Below, in pieces: positions 29,796-39,730 of a DNA stretch of 64,000 bases; position 1 is the stretch's first letter; every line of letters begins with the position of its first letter. The DNA is from an uncultured Syntrophomonadaceae bacterium (GTDB lineage Bacteria > Bacillota > Dethiobacteria > DTU022). The DNA lies in NCBI GenBank assembly GCA_964420065.1, contig CAYQQK010000001.1, positions 38,087 to 102,086 on the forward strand, in the 5' to 3' direction. The notes under the pieces were generated by a model that worked only from the letters and a program-made list of their open reading frames with translations, had not been told where the DNA came from and searched no databases. The position numbers and the translations under genes were made by a program.

Positions 29796-31517
29796 GTGTC
29801 TTACCGCAGCCTTTACCGGCGCCGGCGCCCTTCCAATTTTAGTGATATGGTGGGCCAGGAACATGTTTGCCGGACCCTGAGTCATGCACTTTCCCGGGAA
29901 CAGTTGGCCCATGCCTATCTTTTTTGCGGCCCAAGGGGCACGGGAAAAACTACTGCCGCCAAGATTCTGGCCTGCGCGCTCAATTGCGAACGTTATCCTG
30001 CTCCCGAACCGTGCGGATCCTGCCCGAGCTGCCTGGAAATAGCCTCCGGTTCCTCCCTGGACGTTTTGGAGATGGATGCAGCCTCAAACCGGGGGATCGA
30101 TGAGATTCGGGAATTGCGGGAACAAACTCGCTATGCTCCGGGCGGGGGGCGCTACAAGGTTTATATCATCGATGAAGTACACATGCTGACGACGGAGGCG
30201 TTTAACGCTTTTTTGAAAACCCTGGAGGAACCGCCGGCCGGGGTGGTTTTTATCCTGGCCACCACCGATCCCGGCAAACTGCCCGCCACCATTATTTCCC
30301 GTTGCCAGCGCTTTAACTTTAACCTGTTGACCACGGAGAGAATAGTGGCGCACCTGGGGCGGGTTGTGGAACAGGAGGGCTGGCAGGCTGAAAAGGAAAG
30401 TCTGCGTTTGATCGCCCGTCTGGCCGGAGGATCCATGCGCGATGCCCTGGGGCTGCTTGAACAGGCCCAGGCTTACAGCGGGGCGTCAGTAACCGCTGAA
30501 CACGTGCGTACCATCACCGGAGCCACCCGGGCCGGGACCATCTCCGCCCTGGTCGAAGCGGTGGCTCTGGACGATCCTTCCGCGGGACTGGCGGTGTTGC
30601 ATGAGGTTCTCTACAGTGGACGGGACCTGCAGTTGTTTTTGCGGGATCTGGCTTATCTTTTCAGCCGGTTGCTTTTGGGGCCCGACGCCGGCGCCGTTGA
30701 ACCCGGCTTTGAGGAACTGCAACAACGTTTTGCAGGTCGTTTTGAGCGGCAACCGCTTCTTGAGGCGGCGGAGCTGCTCTATCAGGCCGGTACGGAATTA
30801 CGCCGCTCCCAGTTACCCCAGATAGTCCTGGAGATGGCCTTGCTGCGCCTGTTGCGGACGTTGCATGGGCCGGCCGAAGAAAGTGCGGCGGCAAGTCCAA
30901 AAGAGCCGGAATCGCCTGCGCCCCCGCGCCGGATACCGCCATGTATTTCACCCCGTCCGGCTGTCAAGCCCCGGAGCAAAGCCCGGTCCGGCATGCCTGA
31001 TCTTTCTCCCCCTTCCCCCTCCGTTCTTTCGGATCCTCTCCCGGGGGAAGCGAGTTCAGCGGGCATCCCGGACGGAACCGACGAAGCGACGCTCCTGGAA
31101 AAACTGAATCAAGCCTGGCCGAAGCTGGCCGGTGCGGTGCGGCGGCGCAAGCGCAGTGCCGGGGAATACCTGGCCGTGGGTAAACCCGTGGCGGTAAGCG
31201 GCAATCTTCTCCTTTTGCATTTTAAATCCCAGGATTATGCCAGCCAGGTGCGATTGATGGAAAACAGCAATCGCCTTTTGGTTGAAGAGGTCCTGGCACA
31301 ATTTTGCCGGCGTCCGATCCAGATCAAGGCCGACCAGGCAGCTCCCGGTCCGGTGGAGTCCGCCGCCGGGAATGCGGGCACGGCTGTTTCAGAACCTGGT
31401 GGAACCGCCGGTAAACCGGCCCCCGCTGCGCCGCAGCCCGGCGGGCAAGAATTGATTGGCGAGGCGATGCGATTGTTTAAAGGAACGATTATCGCTTCGG
31501 GTGATAAGGAGGATTAA
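29796..31517 (+). CDS. dnaX: DNA polymerase III subunit tau/gamma
   Basis: AAA+ clamp-loader motifs (GPRGTGKTT, CERYPAPEPCGSCPSC zinc module, box VII), a Pro-rich linker and tau C-terminus. A GTG start gives VSYRSLYRRRRP, as in the B. subtilis N-terminus. The listed ORF start at 29595 overlaps the SRP RNA. Confidence 0.9.
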   Translation: MSYRSLYRRRRPSNFSDMVGQEHVCRTLSHALSREQLAHAYLFCGPRGTGKTTAAKILACALNCERYPAPEPCGSCPSCLEIASGSSLDVLEMDAASNRGIDEIRELREQTRYAPGGGRYKVYIIDEVHMLTTEAFNAFLKTLEEPPAGVVFILATTDPGKLPATIISRCQRFNFNLLTTERIVAHLGRVVEQEGWQAEKESLRLIARLAGGSMRDALGLLEQAQAYSGASVTAEHVRTITGATRAGTISALVEAVALDDPSAGLAVLHEVLYSGRDLQLFLRDLAYLFSRLLLGPDAGAVEPGFEELQQRFAGRFERQPLLEAAELLYQAGTELRRSQLPQIVLEMALLRLLRTLHGPAEESAAASPKEPESPAPPRRIPPCISPRPAVKPRSKARSGMPDLSPPSPSVLSDPLPGEASSAGIPDGTDEATLLEKLNQAWPKLAGAVRRRKRSAGEYLAVGKPVAVSGNLLLLHFKSQDYASQVRLMENSNRLLVEEVLAQFCRRPIQIKADQAAPGPVESAAGNAGTAVSEPGGTAGKPAPAAPQPGGQELIGEAMRLFKGTIIASGDKED

Positions 31518-31520
31518 ACA

Positions 31521-31841
31521 ATGTCCAACGGCGGCATGGGGAAGATGATGAAACAGCTTCAAAAGGCTCAGGCCGAAATGGTGCGGTTGCAGGAGGGGCT
31601 GGCCCGGCGGACGGTGCAGGGCAACAGCGGGGGTGGTGCAGTGCAGGTTACGGCTAATGGCCGGAAAGAACTCCTGGCGATCGTTATTGATCCCGAGGTT
31701 TTAACCGAAGACAACCGGGACATGCTGGAAGACCTGCTTTTAACTGCGATCAACGGCGCCTTGAAAGAGGTTGACGAGATGATCAATGCTGAAATGCATA
31801 AACTGACCGGAGGGATCAATTTACCTCCCGGATTGATTTAA
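31521..31841 (+). CDS. ybaB: nucleoid-associated protein YbaB/EbfC
   Basis: 106 aa, MMKQLQKAQAEM...NGALKEV family signature, in the conserved position after dnaX. Confidence 0.9.
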   Translation: MSNGGMGKMMKQLQKAQAEMVRLQEGLARRTVQGNSGGGAVQVTANGRKELLAIVIDPEVLTEDNRDMLEDLLLTAINGALKEVDEMINAEMHKLTGGINLPPGLI

Positions 31842-31844
31842 ACC

Positions 31845-32441
31845 ATGGGTTATCCAACATCCCTGCAAAAACTGATCGATGCCCTGTGTGTGTTTCCGGG
31901 AATCGGACCGAAAACGGCCCAACGCCTGGCTTTTTTTCTCCTTTCCCGTTCACGCGAAGAGGTGGCGGCCATGGCCCGGGCCATGCTTGAAGCCCGGGAT
32001 CGATTACGCTTCTGTATTCGCTGTGGTTGTCTTACCGAAGCGGAGTTGTGTTCTTTTTGTACCGATATGCGCCGTGATCGCACCCTTCTCTGCGTGGTGA
32101 GCGAGCCACGGGACGTTCTGGCCGTGGAACGAACCGGGCGCTACCGCGGTCTCTACCAGGTTTTGCACGGTGCCCTGTCTCCCCTGGATGGATTGGGTCC
32201 TGCGGAGTTGCGGCTGCCGGAACTGGCCCGCCGGGTGGAAACGGAAGGAATCCGGGAGGTGATCATTGCCACCAACCCCACGGTGGAGGGGGATGCGACC
32301 GCTGTCTATATTGCGCAGTTGGTTCAGCCTTTTGGAGTCAGGGTTACCCGGATCGGCTTTGGCCTGCCCGCAGGCGGTGACCTGGAATATGCCGACGATC
32401 TCACCTTGAGCCGGGCCCTGGAGGGGCGAAGAGAAATTTAG
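31845..32441 (+). CDS. recR: recombination protein RecR
   Basis: HhH, C4 zinc finger (CIRCGCLTEAELCSFC) and Toprim domains, 198 aa. Confidence 0.93.
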   Translation: MGYPTSLQKLIDALCVFPGIGPKTAQRLAFFLLSRSREEVAAMARAMLEARDRLRFCIRCGCLTEAELCSFCTDMRRDRTLLCVVSEPRDVLAVERTGRYRGLYQVLHGALSPLDGLGPAELRLPELARRVETEGIREVIIATNPTVEGDATAVYIAQLVQPFGVRVTRIGFGLPAGGDLEYADDLTLSRALEGRREI

Positions 32442-32502
32442 CCGGCCCCCTCCGTCACAAAACGTAAAAACATCCTTTCGGAACGGGGCAAGGATAGTTG
32501 GG

Positions 32503-32536
32503 AACCTCTTTGAGAACAAAGAGGTTTTTGTTTTTG
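32503..32536 (+). terminator. rho-independent terminator after recR
   Basis: AACCTCTTTGagaacAAAGAGGTT followed by TTTTGTTTTT. Confidence 0.6.
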
Positions 32537-32680
32537 CGAAGTGACCGGTCGAAAAGCATTTTCCCCGATTGGAAAACCCCCGTCCGGGGCTTTTCCGATC
32601 CTGTTCGTTTTGCCGTTCCATGGAGGGACAATACTACTTTTCCCGGTGCGGGCATACCATGGTAGAAGGAGGCACGCATC

Positions 32681-32929
32681 GTGTACAAGTTAATTTCCCG
32701 CCTTTTACCCGCCCTGGGCGGACGTTTTGCAGCCGTTACCGGTTCCGGGCGGGCTGTATTTTTAACGGATGACAATACCCTGGTGGAACGGGCTCATCAG
32801 GAGCTGCTTGATGCGCGAATCCGGTTTAACGAGATAGATGATCCCGACCTGGTGGACCATGCCGTCTATGCCCTGGCTGCGGCCGAAAACCGTTACCGCT
32901 ACCTGTTGCGGAAAAGACGGCAGGGCTGA
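32681..32929 (+). CDS. YaaL-like protein (DUF2508)
   Basis: 82 aa with the DUF2508 pattern (FNEIDDPDLVDHAVYALAAAENRYRYLLRKRR), in the yaaL position between recR and bofA. Confidence 0.6.
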   Translation: MYKLISRLLPALGGRFAAVTGSGRAVFLTDDNTLVERAHQELLDARIRFNEIDDPDLVDHAVYALAAAENRYRYLLRKRRQG

Positions 32930-32953
32930 CCCTTTTGGCGGAAGGCGAATATC

Positions 32954-33238
32954 GTGAAGGAGGTCTCTAAATTGCCGGGAGCAAATGTTATTGCCGCGGC
33001 GGTATTTGGACTGTTTATCCTTTATATTCTGTCACGTGTTTTTTTCCAGCCTTTGCGCCTTCTATTGCGGGGGGCGGTGCATCTTTTGGCCGGAGGCAGC
33101 CTTATTGTCATTTATAATCTTATCGGAGCGGCCTGGAATTTGAGCATCGGCTTGAACCCACTCAGTGCCTTGATCGTGGGGGTTATGGGCTTGCCGGGAT
33201 TGCTGATGCTGGTCGCCTTGTGCCGGATTATTGGTTAA
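32954..33238 (+). CDS. bofA: pro-sigma-K processing inhibitor BofA
   Basis: ~90 aa two-TM protein with a GLPGLLMLV-type C-terminal helix, in conserved synteny (recR-yaaL-bofA). Confidence 0.65.
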   Translation: MKEVSKLPGANVIAAAVFGLFILYILSRVFFQPLRLLLRGAVHLLAGGSLIVIYNLIGAAWNLSIGLNPLSALIVGVMGLPGLLMLVALCRIIG

Positions 33239-33363
33239 CCCACCGCATTGGCATGGTCTGCTTTAAACGGCCCGGCGCATGCCTCCGCCCGGTTACGGGT
33301 AAACTTTAGTCAGAATACCCGCTCTTGAACAGGGGCATGTTTGGGGGTACCCGGAGGCAGGGC

Positions 33364-34446
33364 ATGGCTCAGGCGGCAAAGATAGCAAACAAGGCTTTTA
33401 TGACCGGGAATGAAGTCGTCGCCCGGGCTGCCCTGGCTGCCGGTGCACAGTATCTTTTTGGCTATCCGATCACTCCGCAAAACGAGATCATGCATCACTG
33501 GCAGCACTATGCTGCTGCGCATGGCCTTGGTTTTTTGCAGACTGAAGACGAGCTCGCGGCGGGGTTTGCCGTTTTGGGGGCGGTTCTGACCGGGCAAGTT
33601 GCTTTTTCAGCCACGGCCGGGCCGGGGAATGTCCTCTTTCAAGAACCGCTTTCCATGGCCGAGATGATGGGGCTGCCCCTGGTCCTGGTAGTGCAACAAC
33701 GGGGCGGCCCTTCGACCGCAACGGTGATCTATTCCCAGCAGGAACTGACCCTTTCCTGTTTTGGCGGAAATGGAGAAGGGCTGCGCATTGTTTACTCCAC
33801 CGCCGGTCACCAGGACCTTTACGATTATGTGATCAAGGCGTTTCATGCCGCCTGGCGTTGGCGTTTTCCGGTGATCGTCCTTGGTGACGGTTACCAGGCG
33901 ATGATGAGTGAAGCGGTAGAACTATATTCCCCCCGTGAACGCGGGCTGAGTGAGATTCCAGCCCGTCCGATCTTGGGCGGGCTGCGGGTCGAAGGGGATG
34001 AACCGGCCTTTACTCACCTGCAAAATGCTTTTAGCGTGGAGGAAGAACTGGCGGAAAAGCTGGACCAGGCTCTGCTGCGTTATGCCGTGGCGACGGAAGA
34101 ACTGGTCGAGCACCACTATGAAGGTCTGCCAGGAGGGAGTTTGCTGGTGGTGGCCCACGGCATCGTCGCCCGGGCGGCGCTTTGGGCGGTGCGCGATCTG
34201 CGTGAAGCGGGGCAAGCGGTAAATTTTTTCCGTCCGATCACGATGCGTCCTTTTCCCGAAAAATCTTTGCGTAAAGCTTTGCGGAACAGTGGCGGATCGG
34301 TATTTGTCGCCGAATCGGCCGGCGGTCAACTGGGGCGTTTGGTCAAGGAAGCCCTGGCCGGTGAAGAGATCACCGCCTGGCGAAGTTTATGTCGCCCCGG
34401 GGTGGGCATCACGGCGGAACAGATCCGGGAGGCGGTCCTGGCATGA
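33364..34446 (+). CDS. 2-oxoacid:ferredoxin oxidoreductase, alpha subunit
   Basis: MTGNEVVARAALAAGAQYLFGYPITPQNEI is the OFOR alpha N-terminus. An SD GGAGG lies 9 nt upstream of this ATG. Confidence 0.85.
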   Translation: MAQAAKIANKAFMTGNEVVARAALAAGAQYLFGYPITPQNEIMHHWQHYAAAHGLGFLQTEDELAAGFAVLGAVLTGQVAFSATAGPGNVLFQEPLSMAEMMGLPLVLVVQQRGGPSTATVIYSQQELTLSCFGGNGEGLRIVYSTAGHQDLYDYVIKAFHAAWRWRFPVIVLGDGYQAMMSEAVELYSPRERGLSEIPARPILGGLRVEGDEPAFTHLQNAFSVEEELAEKLDQALLRYAVATEELVEHHYEGLPGGSLLVVAHGIVARAALWAVRDLREAGQAVNFFRPITMRPFPEKSLRKALRNSGGSVFVAESAGGQLGRLVKEALAGEEITAWRSLCRPGVGITAEQIREAVLA

Positions 34447-35168
34447 GTGAACTTTCAATGCCTCGCTGCTACAATCTGGAGAGCAAACCGCACCGGTTTT
34501 GCCCGGGATGCGGCCACGGTCTGGTTTTGAAAGCGCTAGGGTTCGCCCTGGACGAACTGGGCCTGGCCGGAAAGAGCCTTTTTGCCTGCGATATCGGCTG
34601 CTCCCTGCTAGCCTGGGATTTTTTTAAAATCGATTCGTTGCAAACCCATCACGGAAGGACCATACCGGTGGCGGTTGGTTTCAAGCGGGCTGCCCCGGAA
34701 AGATCAGTGGTGGCCTACATGGGTGACGGTGGCGGTTACGCCATCGGGTTACAACATCTTTTTAGCGCGGCTCTGCGCGATGAAGCGATCACGGTGATCC
34801 TGGTCAACAATACTGTTTATGCCATGACCGGGGGACAGATGGCGCCGACGACCCTGGAGGGACAGGCTACGGCGACAACCTCCGCAGGGCGTGACCGGGA
34901 AACGACCGGGGCGCCTTTAAGGGGCCCGGAGTCGCTGCGCGAGGTGGTTCACCCGGCTGCGTACCTTTACCGGGGTACGGTGGCCCGGTTGATTCCCCTG
35001 AAGCGAGCCTTCCGCACCGGCCTGGAAACCCAGTTGAGCGGGCACTTTGCTTTCATTGAGGCCCTTTCGACCTGTCCGACAAACTGGCGCACCGACGCCG
35101 CCGGAACATGGGCCTTTCTTGAAGAGGAGATGTCTGTCACTTATCCACCCGGAGAAATAAAGCATTAA
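34443..35168 (+). CDS. 2-oxoacid:ferredoxin oxidoreductase, beta (TPP-binding) subunit
   Basis: CPGCGHG...DIGCS plus TPP-binding GDGG. The ATG overlaps the alpha stop (ATGA). Confidence 0.85.
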   Translation: MSELSMPRCYNLESKPHRFCPGCGHGLVLKALGFALDELGLAGKSLFACDIGCSLLAWDFFKIDSLQTHHGRTIPVAVGFKRAAPERSVVAYMGDGGGYAIGLQHLFSAALRDEAITVILVNNTVYAMTGGQMAPTTLEGQATATTSAGRDRETTGAPLRGPESLREVVHPAAYLYRGTVARLIPLKRAFRTGLETQLSGHFAFIEALSTCPTNWRTDAAGTWAFLEEEMSVTYPPGEIKH

Positions 35169-35194
35169 TTTGCGCAATCCGGCGGGACGCTTTT

Positions 35195-35899
35195 TTGGGG
35201 GGGATTATCTTGCCGCACTGGAAAATCGTTGTTGCCGGAGAAGGGGGGCAGGGGGTGCAAGCCCTGGCGGCCACCCTGGCCCTGGCGGCCCACCGCAACG
35301 GGCTGAACAGTCTTTACATACCCAATTTCGGGATTGAACAGCGCGGCGGGGTTTCGCTGGCTCTGGTGCAATTTTCGGCGGAGGCGATCGGGGCGCCCAA
35401 ATTTGAAAAAGCGGGTCTGATCGTAGCTTTAAGCCCGCGTTCGCTGAAGCGATGCCGACAGTATGATGCCCCCGGAACATTAATCCTTCATGACAGCTCG
35501 CGCCATAAAGCACCGGAGGTGGCCGATCAGGTCATCGGAAGGCAGGTCTTCGAAACAATTGCTCCCGAAGCGTTTGCGTGGCCGAATGGACACCGTGAAA
35601 CTCCGGAAACGGAGAAGCCCGGTCCGTTCCGGGAGGTGTTCCGTTTGCCGGCGGCCGATCTGGCCCGGCGCCGGCTGAATCCCAGAGTTTTCAACATGAT
35701 TGTCCTCGGTGGGGTGGCCGCCCTGGTCAAAACGATCCCGCTGGGTCGAATTCGGGAAGCCCTGGAAACAAGGCTGGGTCACCGCTTCAGCGCCGATCCG
35801 CAGTTACGCAACCAGAACCATGCCGCACTGGAACTGGGTTTTGATCTGGTTCGTAAACAACAGGCTGTTTCAAGCCGGGAACAGGAAGCGATCCGTTGA
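35195..35899 (+). CDS. 2-oxoacid:ferredoxin oxidoreductase, gamma subunit
   Basis: WKIVVAGEGGQGVQ...NFGIEQRGG motifs. The start could alternatively be the TTG at 35210. Confidence 0.8.
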   Translation: MGGIILPHWKIVVAGEGGQGVQALAATLALAAHRNGLNSLYIPNFGIEQRGGVSLALVQFSAEAIGAPKFEKAGLIVALSPRSLKRCRQYDAPGTLILHDSSRHKAPEVADQVIGRQVFETIAPEAFAWPNGHRETPETEKPGPFREVFRLPAADLARRRLNPRVFNMIVLGGVAALVKTIPLGRIREALETRLGHRFSADPQLRNQNHAALELGFDLVRKQQAVSSREQEAIR

Positions 35900-36177
35900 C
35901 CGGAACCAGAACCTTTTCTCGCCTGGAAACCGCGGGTAAAAAAGCGGTATTTACCATTTCCCCCGATCTATGCAAGGGATGTGGTCTGTGTATTGAAAAA
36001 TGTCCATCCCAGGTTCTTGACTGGTCGGACCTTATCGGTGTTTATGGAGTTCCAATAGTGGCTGCAAAACGGATTGAACGATGTACCGCTTGTCGCCTAT
36101 GCCAGTTTCTTTGCCCGGATGCGGCCATCGATATCATCAGAGAAGCGGGGGCGCCTTCCTCAAACGGCACGCTTTAG
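35896..36177 (+). CDS. 2-oxoacid:ferredoxin oxidoreductase, delta subunit (2x[4Fe-4S] ferredoxin)
   Basis: CKGCGLCIEKCP and CTACRLCQFLCP motifs. The start overlaps the gamma stop. Confidence 0.8.
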   Translation: MTGTRTFSRLETAGKKAVFTISPDLCKGCGLCIEKCPSQVLDWSDLIGVYGVPIVAAKRIERCTACRLCQFLCPDAAIDIIREAGAPSSNGTL

Positions 36178-36543
36178 GGCCGAAATAACGAGAGCGGGCA
36201 GGTGGGCATAGTCCTCCGTAGGCAGGTAAGCCGGTGCATTGGCGTCGAAGAATATTGTGGCCGTTGTTGGAAATTCATCGTCCCCGGGCCAAAGGACAAA
36301 GGCCAGAGGCACGCGTGGGAAAACGGGGATGACCGCGCTTATTCCACGGAAAGAACCGGGGGATCCTCCCAGTACCGCTGCAGCCCGGGTGAATTCGTCC
36401 GGGCAATCCCCAAAATTTTGGATGAATGGAAGAACGGCACGTTTTCGAAAGGGATTTTGATAAATATCCCCCCCGGGAAGATGGCGGAAAGTGACCCATT
36501 CCCTTGCCAGAGGACGCCCGTCGGCAGTGATCAGGTAATGCAA
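36160..36543 (-). CDS. conserved hypothetical protein (DUF3786-like?); the open frame continues to 36861 with no ATG/GTG/TTG start
   Basis: The minus-strand frame is open for ~233 codons, 36861 down to 36160, with protein-like composition (..LDPEEIGACSLAPYRDNNFRLTFLNRFYRVSYPAGEV..YLITADGRPLAREWVTFRHLPGG..). The only canonical start is the TTG at 36543. The overlapping + ORF 36202..36807 is not protein-like. Confidence 0.4.
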   Translation of the reverse strand: MHYLITADGRPLAREWVTFRHLPGGDIYQNPFRKRAVLPFIQNFGDCPDEFTRAAAVLGGSPGSFRGISAVIPVFPRVPLAFVLWPGDDEFPTTATIFFDANAPAYLPTEDYAHLPALVISALKRAV

Positions 36544-36887
36544 AATAAGGATGGACAGATAAAGGGAAGCAGGGTTTCCCCCTTTTTCCGCAACTTCGCC
36601 TGCAGGATAAGAAACCCGGTAGAAACGATTCAGGAAAGTGAGCCGGAAGTTGTTATCCCGATACGGTGCAAGGCTGCATGCTCCGATTTCTTCCGGATCA
36701 AGCCGTCCCAGGGCTTCTACCGCCCGGGTGCGGGTGACATCGAGGTTAAAAAAATCGCCCTGGGGTTTCTGGGGTTTGATCGGGGTTCCCTCCCCTGTTT
36801 TGATTGATTTTTCCGATTCATAATACCATAATGGTGCCGGGGCCGCAAACGGCTGTGCGGTTTACCGGAAAGGGGGATCGGACGATA

Positions 36888-37370
36888 ATGTCCGACAAAT
36901 GCTACCTTGTCAGTGCCTGCCTGATCGGTCTCTGCTGTCGTTTTGACGGCTGCCATCACCGTTGCCCGACCGTGGAAATCCTTGTCCGGCGCTTCCGGGC
37001 GGTGCCTGTTTGCCCGGAACAACTGGGCGGTTTGCCCACCCCGCGCCCACCGGCGGAAATTGCTCCCGGAGGCAACGGCGACCTGGTGCTGCAACAGAAA
37101 GCGGAGGTTTACTTTCTAACCGGGGAAGAGGTGACCGACCGGTTTGTCCGGGGTGCGGAGCAGGTACTGTTGCTGGCGCGGCTATACACTCCCGACGGTA
37201 TAATCTTGAAAGAAGGCAGCCCCTCCTGCGGTTCCCACCGCATTTACGATGGGTCTTTTCAGGGCCGGGCCAAGGACGGTATGGGGGTTACCGCCGCCTT
37301 GCTCCGGCGGGAAGGCTTTGATGTTTACAGTGAGGAGAACTGGAAAAAGGCTTCCGTAATTCAGGAATAA
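36888..37370 (+). CDS. DUF523 family protein (TudS / 2-thiouracil desulfidase-like)
   Basis: MSDKCYLVSACLIGLCCRFDG with the downstream C..C pattern characteristic of DUF523. The listed ORF start at 36804 adds an unlikely leader. Confidence 0.6.
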   Translation: MSDKCYLVSACLIGLCCRFDGCHHRCPTVEILVRRFRAVPVCPEQLGGLPTPRPPAEIAPGGNGDLVLQQKAEVYFLTGEEVTDRFVRGAEQVLLLARLYTPDGIILKEGSPSCGSHRIYDGSFQGRAKDGMGVTAALLRREGFDVYSEENWKKASVIQE

Positions 37371-37448
37371 GATGATCCCTTTGTCCCGGTTTGCGTTTTT
37401 AACCGTCCGAAGGCGGTGGATCTCCAGCCTGCTTTCCGCCAACTATCG

Positions 37449-38964
<1,516 letters not shown>

Positions 38965-38995
38965 CAACGCCCAAAGCTGCCGGCACGGAGGAACC

Positions 38996-39020
38996 GCAGG
39001 GAAACAGGCCTGCGTTTTTT
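38996..39020 (+). terminator. rho-independent terminator after guaB
   Basis: GCAGGgaaacaggCCTGC followed by GTTTTTT. Confidence 0.6.
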
Positions 39021-39093
39021 CGAGTACAGGCGGGAGCCGCGGAAGAGAGTATCCCTCTCTGGTGTACTGTATCTCCTCCAAGGAGCTGAGAAA

Positions 39094-39723
39094 ATGTCCC
39101 CCGGTCTGTTGCTGACATTTGAAGGGGTTGACGGGTGCGGCAAGACAACCCAGGCACGGCTTCTGGCCCGAAGGCTGGGCGGCCTCTCTCTCCGGCCGTT
39201 GCTGGTACGGGAACCCGGTGGGACCCCGGTCGGTGAGCACTTGCGGGACCTGTTACTGGACCGGGCAGTGGAACTGTCTCCGGAAACGGAAATTTTGCTT
39301 TTTGTAGCCGCCCGGGCCGAACTTGTTCGGACGGTCATTGCGCCGGCCCTTGGCGCCGGGCGGGCGGTGATCTGCGATCGTTTCACCGATTCCACCATGG
39401 CTTATCAGGGTTACGGTCATGGCGCCGATCGCAACTGGATCGGTTCCCTTAACCGACGGGCGGCCCGGGGATTGCAACCGCTACGGACGTTTCTTCTCGA
39501 CCTACCGGTTGAAACGGCCGTTGCCAGGCGCCGACGCAACGGAGCGGAAGATCGGGTTGAAAGCCGGGATCTTTCTTTTCATCGGAAAGTCCGGCAGGGG
39601 TACCTGGCGCTGGCCGGGAAGGAACCGGGACGCTTTGTTCTGCTGGATGCTTCCAGGGACCGGGATGAATTACATGAATGTATATGGCAGCAGGTGCAGC
39701 CCCTGCTGTTCCAGCCGGGGTGA
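39094..39723 (+). CDS. tmk: thymidylate kinase
   Basis: P-loop FEGVDGCGKTTQ, DRF motif, 209 aa. Confidence 0.92.
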   Translation: MSPGLLLTFEGVDGCGKTTQARLLARRLGGLSLRPLLVREPGGTPVGEHLRDLLLDRAVELSPETEILLFVAARAELVRTVIAPALGAGRAVICDRFTDSTMAYQGYGHGADRNWIGSLNRRAARGLQPLRTFLLDLPVETAVARRRRNGAEDRVESRDLSFHRKVRQGYLALAGKEPGRFVLLDASRDRDELHECIWQQVQPLLFQPG

Positions 39724-39730
39724 AACAGGG

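Noticed and set aside
29796-31517. Programmed -1 frameshift site in dnaX (as in E. coli)
   Set aside because: No A AAA AAG-type slippery heptamer with a downstream stem was seen in the linker region. Firmicute dnaX genes generally lack it.
36202-36807. 201-aa plus-strand ORF between the OFOR delta gene and the DUF523 gene
   Set aside because: Its composition is not protein-like. The opposite strand carries a long, protein-like open frame (the DUF3786-like gene).
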